A stretch of DNA of 64,000 nt from Squalus acanthias (lineage: Eukaryota). Both the position numbers and the translations under genes were made by a program. Location: contig CM059432.1 in the NCBI GenBank assembly GCA_030390025.1, positions 80,292,001 through 80,356,000 of the forward strand, given 5' to 3'. Shown here in pieces: positions 62,990 through 64,000 of this stretch. Position 1 is the first letter of the stretch. Each line of letters starts with the position of its first letter. Under the pieces are notes generated by a model. The model saw nothing but the letters and a program-made list of their open reading frames with translations, had not been told where the DNA came from and ran no database searches.

Positions 62990-63235
62990 CGTTGAGTCAG
63001 AAGGTTATGGTTTAAGCTCTACCCCAAGGCCTCATCACATAATCTAAGTTGACGGCTCGCTGCAGTACTGATAGAATATTGCATTGTAGGATGTGCTATT
63101 TTTCAAATGAGATTTTAAGCTAAGTTCCAGTATGCCTGTACAAGTAGACATAAAAGACCCTATGGCACTATTTGTAGAAGAGCAGGGAGTACACCTGGTG
63201 TTGTGGCCATCATTTGTTCCTCAACCAACAGCATC
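62990..63235 (+). mobile_element. Deu-domain SINE fragment
   Basis: TAAAAGACCCTATGGCACTATTTG...GAAGAGCAGGGAGT...TCCTCAACCAAC, homologous to 3550-3630. Confidence 0.6.
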
Positions 63236-63249
63236 TGGGGCCCAAAGTT

Positions 63250-64000
63250 GGAGCAGAGTGCCGTGGGAGCTGGGGTCTGAAGGTGGAGCGGAGTGCAGTG
63301 AGAGCTGGGGTCTGAAGGTGGAGCGGAGTGCAGTGAGAGCTGGGGTCTGAAGGTGGAGCAGAGTGCAGTGAGAGCTGGGGTCTGAAGGTGGAGCGGAGTG
63401 CAGTGAGAGCTGGGGTCTGAAGGTGGAGCAGAGTGCAGTGAGAGCTGGGGTCTGAAGGTGGAGCGGAGTGCAGTGGGAGCTGGGGTCTGAAGGTGGAGCG
63501 GAGTGCAGTGAGAGCTGGGGTCTGAAGGTGGAGCGGAGTGCAGTGAGAGCTGGGGTCTGAAGGTGGAGCGGAGTGCAGTGGGAGCTGGGGTCTGAAGGTG
63601 GAGCGGAGTGCAGTGGGAGCTGGGGTCTGGAGGTGGAGCGGAGTGCAGTGGGAGCTGGGGTCTGGAGGTGGAGCGGAGTGCAGTGGGAGCTGGGGTCTGG
63701 AGGTGGAGCGGAGTGCAGTGGGAGCTGGGGTCTGAAGGTGGAGCAGAGTGCAGTGAGACCCGGGGTCTGAAGGTGGAGCGGAGTGCAGTGGGAGCTGGGG
63801 TCTGAAGGTGGAGCAGAGTGCAGTGGGAGCTGGGGTCTGAAGGTGGAGCAGAGTGCAGTGAGAGCTGGGGTCTGAAGGTGGAGCGGAGTGCAGTGAGAGC
63901 TGGGGTCTGAAGGTGGAGCGGAGTGCAGTGAGAGCTGGGGTCTGAAGTGGAGCAGAGTGCAGTGGGAGCTGGGGTCTGAAGGTGGAGCGGAGTGCAGTGA
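63250..64000. repeat. 35-bp G-rich minisatellite, about 21 copies, runs off the window end
   Basis: Unit GAGCTGGGGTCTGAAGGTGGAGCGGAGTGCAGTGA (starts at 63267, 63302, ...) with A/G variants at three positions. Confidence 0.97.

Noticed and set aside
32413..64000. PREX2 exon 2 (expected to resemble AFLHRMNQ...)
   Set aside because: No matching peptide with splice sites was found by eye; it probably lies beyond the window or in the gap.
63250..64000. CRISPR-like array or repetitive ORFs
   Set aside because: Head-to-tail units without unique spacers; the ORFs are by-products of the repeat.

Overview
Vertebrate, almost certainly cartilaginous-fish (shark-like), genomic DNA. The taxon is inferred from HE1-type and Deu-domain SINEs and HER1/CR1 LINEs. 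It contains one recognisable host gene part: the promoter and first coding exon of PREX2 (+ strand, ATG 32269, GT donor 32413). The rest of the window to 64000 appears to be PREX2 intron 1; exon 2 was not found. Most other sequence is transposon debris: many CR1 LINEs (one near full length with a zinc-finger/SGNH-esterase ORF1), L2, a second CR1/L2-group LINE family, Penelope-like elements with minimal hammerhead ribozyme motifs, a Tx1 LINE, PIF/Harbinger transposons and their MITEs, solo LTRs, SINEs, a 35-bp minisatellite and a 200-N gap. Most unusual item: a 2.1-kb minus-strand insertion bounded by a perfect 14-bp target-site duplication, in which the 5' ~127 nt of 7SL (SRP) RNA is fused to the 3' half of a Tx1 LINE. 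It is either a 7SL/LINE chimeric retrocopy or a member of a 7SL-headed non-autonomous family. All calls were read by eye. Repeat boundaries without a stated TSD are approximate.
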